From NCBI RefSeq assembly GCF_963921235.1, contig NC_086108.1, positions 11,904,001-11,968,000 of the forward strand: a stretch of 64,000 nucleotides of DNA, read 5' to 3'. A program made the position numbers and the translations under genes. Below are positions 22,301 through 34,300 of the stretch, piece by piece. Numbering within the stretch: the stretch's first letter is position 1; each line of letters begins with the position of its first letter. The notes below the pieces were generated by a model, which was given only the letters and a program-made list of their open reading frames with translations, was not told the origin of the DNA and ran no database searches. Source of the stretch: Mobula hypostoma (Eukaryota).

Positions 22301-25300
22301 TGTGTTGGAGAAGGTGGAGCCGGACAGTCTGATGAAGAGGGAAGAGATGGTCAGTGTGTTGGAGAAGGAGGAGATGGTCAGTGTGTTGGAGAAGGAGGAG
22401 ATGGTCAGTGTGTTGGAGAAGGAGGAGATGGTCAGTGTGTTGGAGAAGGAGGAGATGGTCAGTGTGTTGGAGAAGGAGGAGATGGTCAGTGTGTTGGAGA
22501 AGGAGGAGATGGTCAGTGTGTTGGAGAGGGAGGAGATGGTTGGTGTGTTGGAGAGGGAGGAGATGGTCAGTGTGTTGGAGAGGGAGGAGATGGTCAGTGT
22601 GTTGGAGAAGGAGGAGATGGTCAGTGTGTTGGAGAAGGAGGAGATGGTCAGTGTGTTGGAGAAGGAGGAGATGGTCAGTGAGTTGGGGAAGGAGCAGGCG
22701 GTCAGTTTGTTGGAGAATGATAAGCCAGCCGGAATGTAGGGGAAGGAGGAGATGGCCGGTCGGTGTGTTGGAGAGGGAGGAGATGGTTGGTGTGTTGTAG
22801 AAGCACGACATGATGACTGTGTTGGAGAAGAAGGAGATGGTCAGTGTGTTGAAGAAGGAGGAGATGGTCAGTGTGTTGGAGAAGGAGGAGATGGTCAGTG
22901 TGTTGGAGAAGGAGGAGATGGTCAGTGTGTTGGAGATAGAGGAAATGGTCAGTGTGTTGGAGAAGGAGGAGATGGTCAGTATGTTGGAGAAGGAGGAGAT
23001 GGTGATTGTCTTACTACTGGAAGTGCTGGAGACGGAGGAGCTGGTCAGTGTTTTGGATAAGGAGATGGTCAGTCTGATGGAGAGGGAAGAGATGGTCAGT
23101 GTGTTGGAGAAGGTGGAGATGGTCAGAGTGTTGGAGAGGATGAGATTACCGGTGTGTTGGGGAAGCAGGAGGCGGTCAGTTTGTTGGAGAATGATAAACC
23201 AGCCGGTAAGTGGGGGCAGGAGGAGATGGCCGGTCGGTGTGTTGGAGTAGGAGCAGATGGTCGGTGTGTTGGAGAAGGAGGACATGGTCAGTATGTTGGA
23301 GAAGGAGGAGATGGTCAGTGTCTTGGAAAAGGAGGAGCAGGTCAGTGTGTTGGAGACGGAGGTGGCAGTCAGTGTTTTGGAGAAGGAGGAGAAGGTCACT
23401 GTGTTGGAGAAGAGGGAGATGGTCAGTGTGTTGGAGAAGGGGGAGATGGTCAGTGTGTTGGAGAAGGAGGAGATGGTCAGTGTGTTGGAGAAGGAGGAGA
23501 TGGTCAGTGTGTTGGAGAAGGAGGAGATGGTCAGTGTGTTGGAGAAGGAGGAGATGGTCAGTGTGTTGGAGAAGGAGGAGATGGTCAGTGTGTTGGAGAA
23601 GGAGGAGATGGTCAGTGTGTTGGAGAAGGAGGAGATGGTCAGTGTGTTGGAGAAGGAGGAGATGGTCAGTGTGTTGGAGAAGGAGGAGATGGTCAGTGTG
23701 TTGGAGAGGGAGGAGATGGTCAGTGTGTTGGAGAAGGAGGAGATGGTCAGTGTGTTGGAGAAGGAGGAGATGGTCAGTGTGTTGGAGAAGGAGGAGATGG
23801 TCAGTGTGTTGGAGAATGAGGAGATGGTCAGTGTGTTGGAGAAGGAGGAGATGGTCAGTATGTTGGAGAAGGAGGAGATGGTGATTGTCTTACTACTGGA
23901 AGTGCCAGTCAGTGTGCTGGAGACGGAGGAGCCGGTCATTGTTTTGGAGAAGAACGAGATGGTCAGTGTGTTGGAGAAGGAGGAGCCAGTCAGTCTTTTG
24001 GAGAGGGAGGAGATGGTCAGTGTGTTGGAGAAGGACGAAATGGTCAGTGTATTGGAGAGGGAGGAGATGGTTGGTGTGTTGGAGAGGGAGGAGATGGTCA
24101 GTGTGTTGGAGAAGGAGGAGATGGTCAGTGTGTTGGAGAAGGAGGAGATGGTCAGTGTGTTGGAGAGGGAGGAGATGGTCAGTGTGTTGGAAAAGGTGGA
24201 GATGGTCAGAGTGTTGGTGAGGAGGAGATTACCGGTGTGTTGGGGAAGGAGGAGGCGGTCAGTTACTTGGAGAATGATAAACTAGCCGATATGTAGGGGC
24301 AGGAGGAGGTGGCCGGCCGGTGTATTGGAGAAGGAGGAGACGGTCTGTGTGTTGGAGAAGGACAACATGATCAGTGTGTTGGAGAAGAAGGAGATGGTCA
24401 GTGTGTGGAGAAGGAAGAGCCGTCAGTCGGATGAGAGGGAGGAGATGGTAAATGTGTTGGAGAAGGTGGAGATGATCAGAGTTTTGGAGAGTAGGAGATT
24501 ATTGGTGTGTTGGGGAAGAAAGAGGCGGAAGAATGATAAACCAGCCGGTATGTTGGGGCAGGAGGAGATGGCCAGTCCGTGTGTTGGAGTAGGAGCAGAT
24601 TGTCGGTGTGTTAGAGAAGGATTATATGGTCAGTGTATCGGAGAAGGAGGAGATGGTCTGTGTCTTGGAATAGGAGGAGCTGGTCGGAGTTTTGGAGAAT
24701 GCGGAGATTACCTGGGTGTTGGAGAAGGAGGAGGCGGTCAGTTTGTTGGAGAATGAAGAGCCAGCTGGTATGTAGGTGCTGGAGGAGATGGCCAGTCGGT
24801 GTGTTGGAGAAGGAGGAGATGGTCAGTGTGTTGGAGAAGGACGACATGATCAGTGTGTGGGAGAAGAAGGAGATGGTCAGTGTGTTGGAGAAGGAGGAGA
24901 TGGTCAGTGTGTTGGAGAAGGAGGAGATGGTCAGTGTGTTGGAGAGGGAGGAGATGGTCAGTGTGTTGGAGAGGGAGGAGATTTTCAGTGTTTTGCAGAA
25001 GAAAGAGATGGTCAGTGTGTTGGAGAAGGAGGAGCCGGTCAGTCTTTTGGAGAGGGAGGAGATGGTCAGTGTGTTGGAGAAGGAGGAAATGGTCAGTGTA
25101 TTGGAGAGGGAGGAGATGGTCAGTGTGTTGGAGAAGGAGGAGAAGGTCACTGTGTTGGAGAAGGAGGAGATGGTCAGTGTGTTGGAGAAGGAGGAAATGG
25201 TCAGTGTGTTGGAGAAGGAGGAGATGGTCAGTGTGTTGGAGAAGAAGGAGATGGTCAGTGTGTTGGAGAAGGAGGAGATGGTCAGTGTGTTGGAGAAGGA

Positions 25301-28300
25301 GGAGATGGTCAGTGTGTTGGAGAAGGAGGAGATGGTCAGTGTGTTGGAGAAGGAGGAGATGGTCAGTGTGTTGGAGAAGGAAAAGATGTTAGTGTGTTGG
25401 AGAAGGAGGAGATGGTCAGTGTGTTGGAGAAGGAGGAGATGGTCAGTGTGTTGGAGAAGGAGGAGATGGTCAGTGTGTTGGAGAAGGAGGAGATGGTCAG
25501 TGTGCTGGAGAGGGAGGAGATGGTCAGTGTGTTGGAGAGGGAGGAGATGGCTGGTGTGTTGGAGAGGAGGAGATTACCAGTGTATTGGGGAAGGAGGAGG
25601 CGGTCAGTTTGGTGGAGAATGATAAACCAGCCGGTAAGTGGGGGCAGGAGGAGATGGCCGGTCGGTGTGTTGGAGTAGGAGCAGATGGTCGGTGTGTTGG
25701 AGAAGGATTAGACTGTCAGTGTATTGGAGAAGTAGGAGATGGTCAGTGTGTTGGAGATGGAAGAGATGGTCATTGTGTTGGAGAAGGAGGAGATGTTCAG
25801 TGTGTTGAAGAAGGAAGAGATGGTCAGTGTGTTGGAGAAGGAGGAGATGGTCAGTGTGTTGGAGAAGGAGGAGATGGTCAGTGTGTCCAAAAAGGGAGGA
25901 GATGGTCAGTGTGTTGGAGAGGGAGGAGATGGTCAGTGTGTTGGAAAAGGAGGAGATGTTCAGTGTGTTGAAGAAGGAAGAGATGGTCAGCCTGTTGGAG
26001 AAGGAGGAGATGGTACGTGTGTTGGAGAAGGAGGAGATGGTCAGTGTGTCCAAAAAGGGAGGAGATGGTCAGTGTGTTGGAGAGGGTGGAGATGGTCAGT
26101 GTGTTGGAGAAGGAGGAGATGGTCAGTGTGTTGGAGAAGGAGGAGATGGTCAGTGTGTTGGAGAAGGAGGAGATGGTCAGTGTGTTGGAGAAGGAGGAGA
26201 TGGTCAGTGTCTTGGGGAAGGAGGAGATGGTCAGTGTGTTGGAGAGGGAGGAGATGGTCAGTGTGTTGGAGAAGGAGGAGATGGTCAGTGTTTTGGAGAA
26301 GGAGGAGATGGTCAGTGTGTTGGAGAAGGAGGAGATGGTCAGTGTGTTGGAGAAGGAGGAGATGGTCAGTGTGTTGGAGAGGGAGGAGATGGTCAGTGTG
26401 TTGGAGAAGGAGGAGATGGTCAGTGTGTTGGAGAAGGAGGAGATTACCAGTGTGTTGGGGAAGGAGGAGGCGGTCAGTTTGTTGGAGAATGATAAACCAG
26501 CCGGTATGTGGGGGCAGGAGGAGATGGCCGGTCGGTGTGTTGGAGAAGGAGCAGATGGTCGGTGTGTTGGAGAAGGAGGAGATGGTCAGTGTATTGGAGA
26601 AGGAGGAGATGGTCAGTGTGTTGGAGATGGAGGAGATGGTCAGTGTGTTGGAGAAGGAGGAGATGGTCAGTGTGTTGGAGAAGGAGGAGATGGTCAGTGT
26701 GTTGGAGAAGGAGGAGATGGTCAGTGTGTTGGAGAAGGAGGAGATGGTCAGTGTGTTGGAGAAGGAGGAAATGGGCAGTGTGTTGGAGAAGGTGGAGATG
26801 GTCAAACTGTTGGAGAAGAAGGGGATGGACAGTGTGTTGGAGAAGGAAGAGATGGTCAGTGTGTTGGAGAAGGAGGAGATGGTCAGTGTGTTGGAGAAGG
26901 AGGAGATGGTCAGTGTGTTGGAAAAGGGAGGAGATGGTCAGTGTGTTGGAGAGGGTGGAGATGGTCAGTGTGTTGGAGAAGGAGGAGATGGTCAGTGTGT
27001 TGGAGAAAAAGGAGATGGTCAGTGTTTTGGAGAAGGAGGAGCCAGTCAGTGTTTTGGAGAAGGAGGAGCTGGTTGGTGTCTTGGGAAGGAGGAGATGGTC
27101 AGTGTGTTGGAGAAGGAGGAGATGGTCAGTGTGTTGGAGAAGGAGGAGATGGTCAGTGTGTTGGAGAAGGAGGAGATGGTCAGTGTGTTGGAGAGGGAGG
27201 AGATGGTCAGTGTGTTGGAGAAGGAGGAGATGGTCAGTGTGTTGGAGAGGGAGGAGCTGGTCAGTGTGTTGGAGACGGAGGAGATGGTCAGAGTGTTGGA
27301 GAGGATGAGATTACCGGTGTGTTGGGGAAGCAGGAGGCGGTCAGTTTGTTGGAGAATGTTAAACCAGCCGGTAAGTGGGGGCAGGAGGAGATGGCCGGTC
27401 GGTGTGTTGGAGTAGGAGCAGATGGTCGGTGTGTTGGAGAAGGATTAGACGGTCAGTGTGTTGGAGAAGGAGGAGATGGTCAGTGTGTTGGAGATGGAGA
27501 AGATGGTCTGTGTGTTGGAGAAGGAGGAGATGTTCAGTGTGTTGGAGAAGGAGGAGATGGTCAGTGTGTTGGAGAAGGAGGACATGGTCAGTGTGTTGGA
27601 GAAGGAGGAGATGGTCAGTGTGTTGGAAAGGGAGGAGATGGTCAGTGTGTTGGAGAAGGAGGAGATGGTCAGTGTGTTGGAGAAGGAGGAGATGGTCAGT
27701 GTGTTGGAGAAGGAGGAGATGGTCAGTGTGTTGGAGAGGGAGGAGATGGTCACTGTGTTGGAGACGGAGGAGCTGGTCAGTGGGCTGGAGCGGGAGGAGC
27801 TGGTCAGTGTGTTGGAGACGGTGGAGATGGTCAGAGTGTTGGAGAGGAGGAGATTACCAGTGTGTTGGGGAAGGAGGAGGCGGTCAGTTTGTTGGAGAAT
27901 AATAAACCAGCCGGTATGTGGGGGCAGGAGGAGATGGCCGGTCGGTGTGTTGGAGTAGGAGCAGATGGTCAGTGTGTTGGAGAAGGAGGAGATGGTCAGT
28001 GTATTGGAGAAGGAGGAGATGGTCAGTGTGTTGAAGAAGAAGGAGATGGTCAGTGTGTTGGAGAAGGAGGACATGGTCAGTATGTTGGAGAAGGAGGAGA
28101 TGGTCAGTGTGTTGGAGAAGGAGGAGATGGTCAGTGTGTTGGAGAAGGAGGAGATGGTCAGTGTGTTCAAAAAGGGAAGAGATGGTCAGTGTGTTGGAGA
28201 TGGAGGAGATGGTCAATGTGTTGGAGAAGGAGGAGATGTTCAGTGTGTTGAAGAAGGAAGAGATGGTCAGCCTGTTGGAGAAGGAGGAGATGGTAAGTGT

Positions 28301-31300
28301 GTTGGAGAAGGAGGAGATGGTCAGTGTGTCCAAAAAGGGAGGAGATGGTCAGTGTGTTGGAGAGGGTGGAGATGGTCAGTGTGTTGGAGAAGGAGGAGAT
28401 GGTCAGTGTGTTGGAGAAGGAGGAGATGGTCAGTGTGTTGGAGAAGGAGGAGATGGTCAGTGTGTTGGAGAAGGAGGAGATGGTCAGTGTGTTGGAGAAG
28501 GAGGAGATGGTCAGTGTATTGGAGAGGGAGGAGATGGTCAGTGTGTTGGAGAAGGAGGAGATGGTCAGTGTGTTGGAGAAGGAGGAGATGGTCAGTGTGT
28601 TGGAGAAGGAGGAGATGGTCAGTGTGTTGGAGAAGGAGGAGATGGTCAGTGTATTGGGGAAGGAGGAGATGGTTGGTGTGTTGGAGATGGAGGAGATGGT
28701 CAGAGTGTTGGAGAAGGAGGAGATGTTCAGTGTGTTGGAGAAGGAGGAGATGGTCAGTGTGTTGGAGAAGGAGGACATGGTCAGTATGTTGGAGAAGGAG
28801 GAGATGGTCAGTGTGTTGGAAAAGGAGGAGCCGGTCAGTGTGTTGGAGACGGAGGTGGCAGTCAGTGTTTTGGAGAAGGAGGAGAAGGTCACTGTGTCGG
28901 AGAAGAGGGAGATGGTCAGTGTGTTGGAGAAGGGGGAGATGGTCAGTGTGTTGGAGAAGGAGGAGATGGTCAGTGTGTTGGAGAAGGAGGAGATGGTCAG
29001 TGTGTTGGAGAAGGAGGAGATGGTTGGTGTGTTGGAGATGGAGGAGATGGTCTGTGTGTTGGAGAAGGAGGAGATGGTCAGTGTGTTGGAGAAGGAGGAG
29101 ATGGTCAGTGTGTTGGAGAAGGAGGAGATTTTCAGTGTGTTGGAGAAGGAGGAGATGGTCAGTGTGTTGGAGAAGGAGGAGCCAGTCAGTGTTTTGGAGA
29201 GGGAGGAGATCGTCAGTGTACTGGAGAAGGGGCAGATGGTCAGTATGTTGGAGAAGGAGGAGATGGTCAGTGTGTTGGAGAGCGAGGGGATGGTCAGTGT
29301 GTTGGAGAAGGAGGAGATGGTCAGTGTTTTGGAGAAGGAGGAGATGGTCAGTGTGTTGGAGAAGGAGGAGATGGTCAGTGTGTTCAAAAAGGGAGGGGAT
29401 GGTCAGTGTGTTGGAGAGGGTGGAGATGGTCAGTGTGTTGGAGAAGGAGGAGATGGTCAATGTGTTGTAGAAGGAGGAGATGGTTAGAGAGTTGGAGAAG
29501 GAGGAGATGGTCAGTGTGTTGGAGAAGGAGGAGATGGTCAGTGTGTTGGAGAAGGAGGAGATGGTCAGTGTGTTGGAGAAGGAGGAGATGGTCAGTGTGT
29601 TGGAGAAGGAGGAGATGGTCAGTGTGTTGGAGAGGAAGGAGATGGTCAGTGTGTTGGAGAAGGAGGAGATGGTCAGTGTGTTGGAGAGGGAGGAGATGGT
29701 CAGTGTGTTGGAGAGGGAGGAGATGGTCAGTGTGTTGGAGAAGGAGGAGATGGTCAGTGTGTTGGAGAAGGAGGAGATGGTCAGTGTGTTCAAAAAGGGA
29801 GGAGATGGTCAGTGTGTTGGAGAGGGAGGAGATGGTCAGTGTGTTGGAGAAGGAGGAGATGGTCAGTGTGTTGGAGAAGGAGGAGATGGTCAGTGTGTTG
29901 GAGAGGGAGGAGATGGTCAGTGTGTTGGAGAAGGAGGAGATGGTCAGTGTGTTGGAGAAGGAGGAGATGGTCAGTGTGTTGGAGAAGGAGGAGATGGTCA
30001 GTGTGTTGGAGAAGGAGGAGATGGTCAGTGTCTTGGATAAGGAAGTGCCAGTCGGTGCGCTGGAGATGGAGGAGCCAGTTGGTGTTTTGTGGATGGAGCA
30101 GCCAGTCAAGTGTTTAGGAGAAGGAGGAGATGGTCAGTAAGTTGGAGAAGGGGGAGATGGTCAGTGTGTTGGAGAAGGAGGAGATGGTCAGTGTGTTGGA
30201 GAAGGAGGAGATGGTCAGTGTGTTGGAGAAGGAGGAGATGGTCAGTGTGTTGGAGAAGGAGGAGATGGTCAGTGTGTTGGAGAAGGAGGAGCCGGTCAGT
30301 GTGTTGGAGAAGGTGGAGCCGGTCGGTGTCTTGGGGAAAGAGGAGATGGTCACTGTTTTGGAGAGGAAGCAGAAGTCAGTGTGTTGGAGAAGGAGGAGAT
30401 GGTCAGTGTGTTGGAGAGGGAGGAGATGGTCAGTGTGTTGGAGAGGGAGGAGATGGTCAGTGTGTTGGAGAAGGAGGAGATGGTCAGTGTGTTGGAGAAG
30501 GAGGAGATGGTCAGTGTGTTGGAGAAGGAGGAGATGGTCAGTGTGTTGGAGAAGGAGGAGATGGTCAGTGTGTTGGAGAAGGAGGAGATGGTCAGTGTGT
30601 TGGAGAAGGAGGAGATGGTCAGTGTGTTGGAGAAGGAGGAGATGGTCAGTGTGTTGGAGAAGGAGGAGATGGTCAGTGTGTTGGAGAGGGAGGAGATGGT
30701 CAGTGTGTTGGAGAAGGAGGAGATGGTCACTGTTTTGGAGAGGGAGGAGATGGTCAGTGTGTTGGAGAAGGAAGTGCCAGTCGGTGCGCTGGAGATGGAG
30801 GAGCCAGTTGGTGTTTTGTGGATGGAGCAGCCAGTCAAGTGTTTAGGAGAAGGAGGAGATGGTCAGTAAGTTGGATAAGGGGAAGATGTTCAGTGTCTTG
30901 GAAAAGCAGGAGCTGGTCGGTGTGCTGGAGAAGGAGGAGGTGGTCAGTGTGTTGGAGAAGGAGGAGATGGTCAGTGTGTTGGAGAAGGAGGAGATGGTCA
31001 GTGTGTTGGAGAAGGAGGAGATGGTCAGTGTGTTGGAGAAGCAGGAGATGGTCAGTCTGTTGGAGAAGGAGGAGATGGTCAGTGTGTTAGAGAAGGAGGA
31101 GCCGGTCGGTATCTTGGGGAAGGAAGAGATGGTCAGTGTGTTGAAGAGGGAGGAGATGGTCAGTGTGTTGGAGAAGGAGGAGATGGTCAGTGTGTTGGAG
31201 AAGGAGGAGATGGTCAGTGTGTTGGAGAAGGAGGAGATGGTCAGTGTGTTGGAGAAGGAGGAGATGGTCAGTGTGTTGGAGAAGGAGGAGATGGTCAGTG

Positions 31301-34300
31301 TGTTGGAGAGGGAGGAGATGGTCAGTGTGTTGGAGAAGGAGGAGATGGTCAGTGTGTTGGAGAAGGAGGAGATGGTCAGTGTGTTGGAGAAGGAGGAGAT
31401 GGTCAGTGTGTTGGAGAAGGAGGAGATGGTCAGTGTGTTGGAGAAGGAGGAGATGGTCAGTGTGTTGGAGAAGGAGGAGCCAATCGTTATCTTGGAGAAG
31501 AAAGAGATGGTCAGTGTGTTGAAGAGGGAGGAGATGGTCAGTGTGTTGGAGAAGGAGGAGATGGTCAGTGTGTTGGAGAAGGAGGAGATGGTCAGTGTGT
31601 TGGAGAAGGAGGAGATGGTCAGTGTGTTGGAGAGAGTGGAGATGGTCAGTGTTGGAGAAGGAGGAAATGGTTAGAGAGTTGGAGAAAGAGGAGATGGACA
31701 GTGTGTTGGAGAAGGAGGAGATGGTTAGATAGTTGGAGAAGGAAGAGATGGTCAGTGTGTTGGAGAAGGAGGAGATGGTCAGTGTTTTGGAGAAGGAGGA
31801 GATGGTCAGTGTGTTGGAGAAGGAGGAGCCGGTCGGTGTCTTGGGGAAGGAGGAGATGGTCAGTGTGTTGGAGAAGGAGGAGATGGTCAGTGTTTTGGAG
31901 AGGGAGGAGATGGTCAGTGTGTTGGGGAAGGAAGTGCCAGTCGGTGTGCTGGAGACGGAGGAGATGGTCAGTGTTTTGGAGAAGGAGGAGATGGTCAGTG
32001 TGTTGGAGAGGGAGGAGATGGTCAGTGTGTTGGAGAAGGAGGAGATGGTCAGTGTGTTGGAGAAGGAGGAGAAGATCAATGTGTTGGAGAAGGAGGAGAT
32101 AGTCAATGTGTTGGAGATGGAGGAGATGGTCAGTGTTTTGGAGAAGGAGGAGATGGTCTGTGTATAGGAGAAGGAGGAGATGGTCAGAGTCTTGGAAAAT
32201 CAGGAGCCGGTCGGTGTGTTCGAGACGGAAGAGATGGTCAGTGTCTTGGTAAAGGAAGTGCTGGTCGGTTTGCAAGAGATGGAGGAGCCGGTCAGTTTTT
32301 TAGAGAAGAAGGAGATGGTCAGTGTGTTGGAGAAGGAGGAGATGGTCAGTGTGTTGGAGAAGGAGGAGATGGTCAGTGTGTTGGAGAGGGAGGAGATGGT
32401 CAGTGTGTTGGAGAAGGAGGAGATGGTCAGTGTGTTGGAGAAGGAGGAGATGGTCAGTGTGTTGGAGAAGGAGGAGATGGTCAGTGTGTTGGAGAGGGAG
32501 GATACGGTCAGTGTGTTGGAGAAGGAAGTCCCAGTCGGTTTGCTGGAGACGGAGGAGCTGGTCGGTGTGTTGGAGAAGGAGAAGCCGGTCAGTCTGTTGG
32601 AGAAGGAGGAGATGGTCAGTGTGTTGGAGAAGGAGGAGATGGTCAGTGTGTTGGAGATGGAGGAGATGGTCAGTGTGTTGGAGAAGGAGGAGATGGTCAG
32701 TGTGTTGGAGAAGGAGGAGATGGTCAGTGTGTTGGAGAAGGAGGAGATGGTCAGTGTGTTGGAGAAGGAGGAGATAGTCAGTGTGTTGGAGAAGGAGGAG
32801 ATGGTCAGTGTGTTGGAGAAGGAGGAGATGGTCAGTGTGTTGGAGAAGGAGGAGATGGTCAGTGTTTTGGAGAAGGAGAAGCCGGTCAGTGTGTTGGAGA
32901 AGGTGGAGCCGGTCGGTGTGTTGGAGAAGGAGGAGATGGTCACTGTGTTGGAGAGGAAGGAGATGGTCAGTGTGTTGGAGAAGGAGGAGATGGTCAGTGT
33001 GTTGGAGAAGGAGGAGATGGTCAGTGTGTTGGAGAAGGAGGAGATGGTCAGTGTGTTGGAGAAGGAGGAGATGGTCAGTGTGTTGGAGAAGGAGGAGATG
33101 GTCAGTGTGTTGGAGAAGGAGGAGATGGTCAGTGTGTTGGAGAAGGAGGAGATGGTCAGTGTCTTGGAAAAGGAGGAGCAGGTCGGCGTGTTGGAGACGG
33201 AGGTGGCAGTCAGTGTTTTGGAGAAGGAGGAGAAGGTCACTGTGTTGGATAAGGGAAAGATGTTCAGTGTCTTGGAAAAGCAGGAGCCTGTCGGTGTGCT
33301 GGAGACGGAGGAGATGGTCAGTGCCTTGGAAAAGGAACTGCCGGTCAGTTTGCTGGAGACGGAGGAGATGGTCAGTGTTTTGGAGAAGGAGGAGATGGTC
33401 AGTGTGTTGGAGAAGGAGGAGATGGTCAGTGTGTTGGAGAAGGAGGAGATGGTCAGTGTGTTGGAGAAGGAGGAGATGGTCAGTGTGTTGGAGAAGGAGG
33501 AGATGGTCAGTGTGTTGGAGAAGGAGGAGATGGTCAGAGTGTTGGAGAAGGAGGAGATGGTCAGTGCATTGGAGAAGGAGGAGATGGTCAGTGTGTTGGA
33601 GAAGGAGGAGCCGATCGGTGTCTTGGGGGAGGAGGAGATGGTTAGTGTGTTGGAGAGGGAGGAGATGGTCAGTGTGTTGGAGAGGGAGGAGATGGTCAGT
33701 GTGTTGGAGAAGGAGGAGATGGTCAGTGTGTTGGAGAAGGAGGAGATGGTCAGTGTGTTGGAGAAGGAGGAGGTGGTTAGAGAGTTGGAGAAGGAGGAGA
33801 TGGTCAGTGTGTTGGAAAAGCAGGAGATGGTCAGTCTGTTGGAGAAGGTGGAGCCGGTCAGTGTGTTAGAGAAGGAGGAGCCAATCGGTATCTTGGGGAA
33901 GGAAGAGATGGTCAGTGTGTTGGAGAAGGAGGAGATGGTCAGTGTGTTGGAGAAGGAGGAGATGGTCAGTGTGTTGGAGAAGGAGGAGATAGTCAGTGTG
34001 TTGGAGAGGGAGGAGATGGTCAGTGTACTGGAGAAGGAGGAGATGGTCAGTGTGTTTGGAGAAGGAGGAGATGGATAGTGAGTTGCAGAGGGAGGAGATG
34101 ATCAGTGTGTTGGAGAAGGAGGAGATGGTCAGTGTGTTGTAGAAGGAGGAGATGGTTGGTCGGTTGGAGAAGGAGGAGATGGTCAGTGTGTTGGAAAAGC
34201 AGGAGATGGTCAGTCTGTTGGAGGAGGAGGAGCTGGGCAGTGTGGTAGAGAAGGAGGAGCCAATGGTTATCTTGGGGAAGGAAGAGATGGTCAGTTTGTT

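Noticed and set aside
9840..27930. GGGCAGGAGG (human minisatellite core-like motif) in landmark units
   Set aside because: Only a few substitutions from the G/A-rich consensus and spread by block duplication; no evidence of function.
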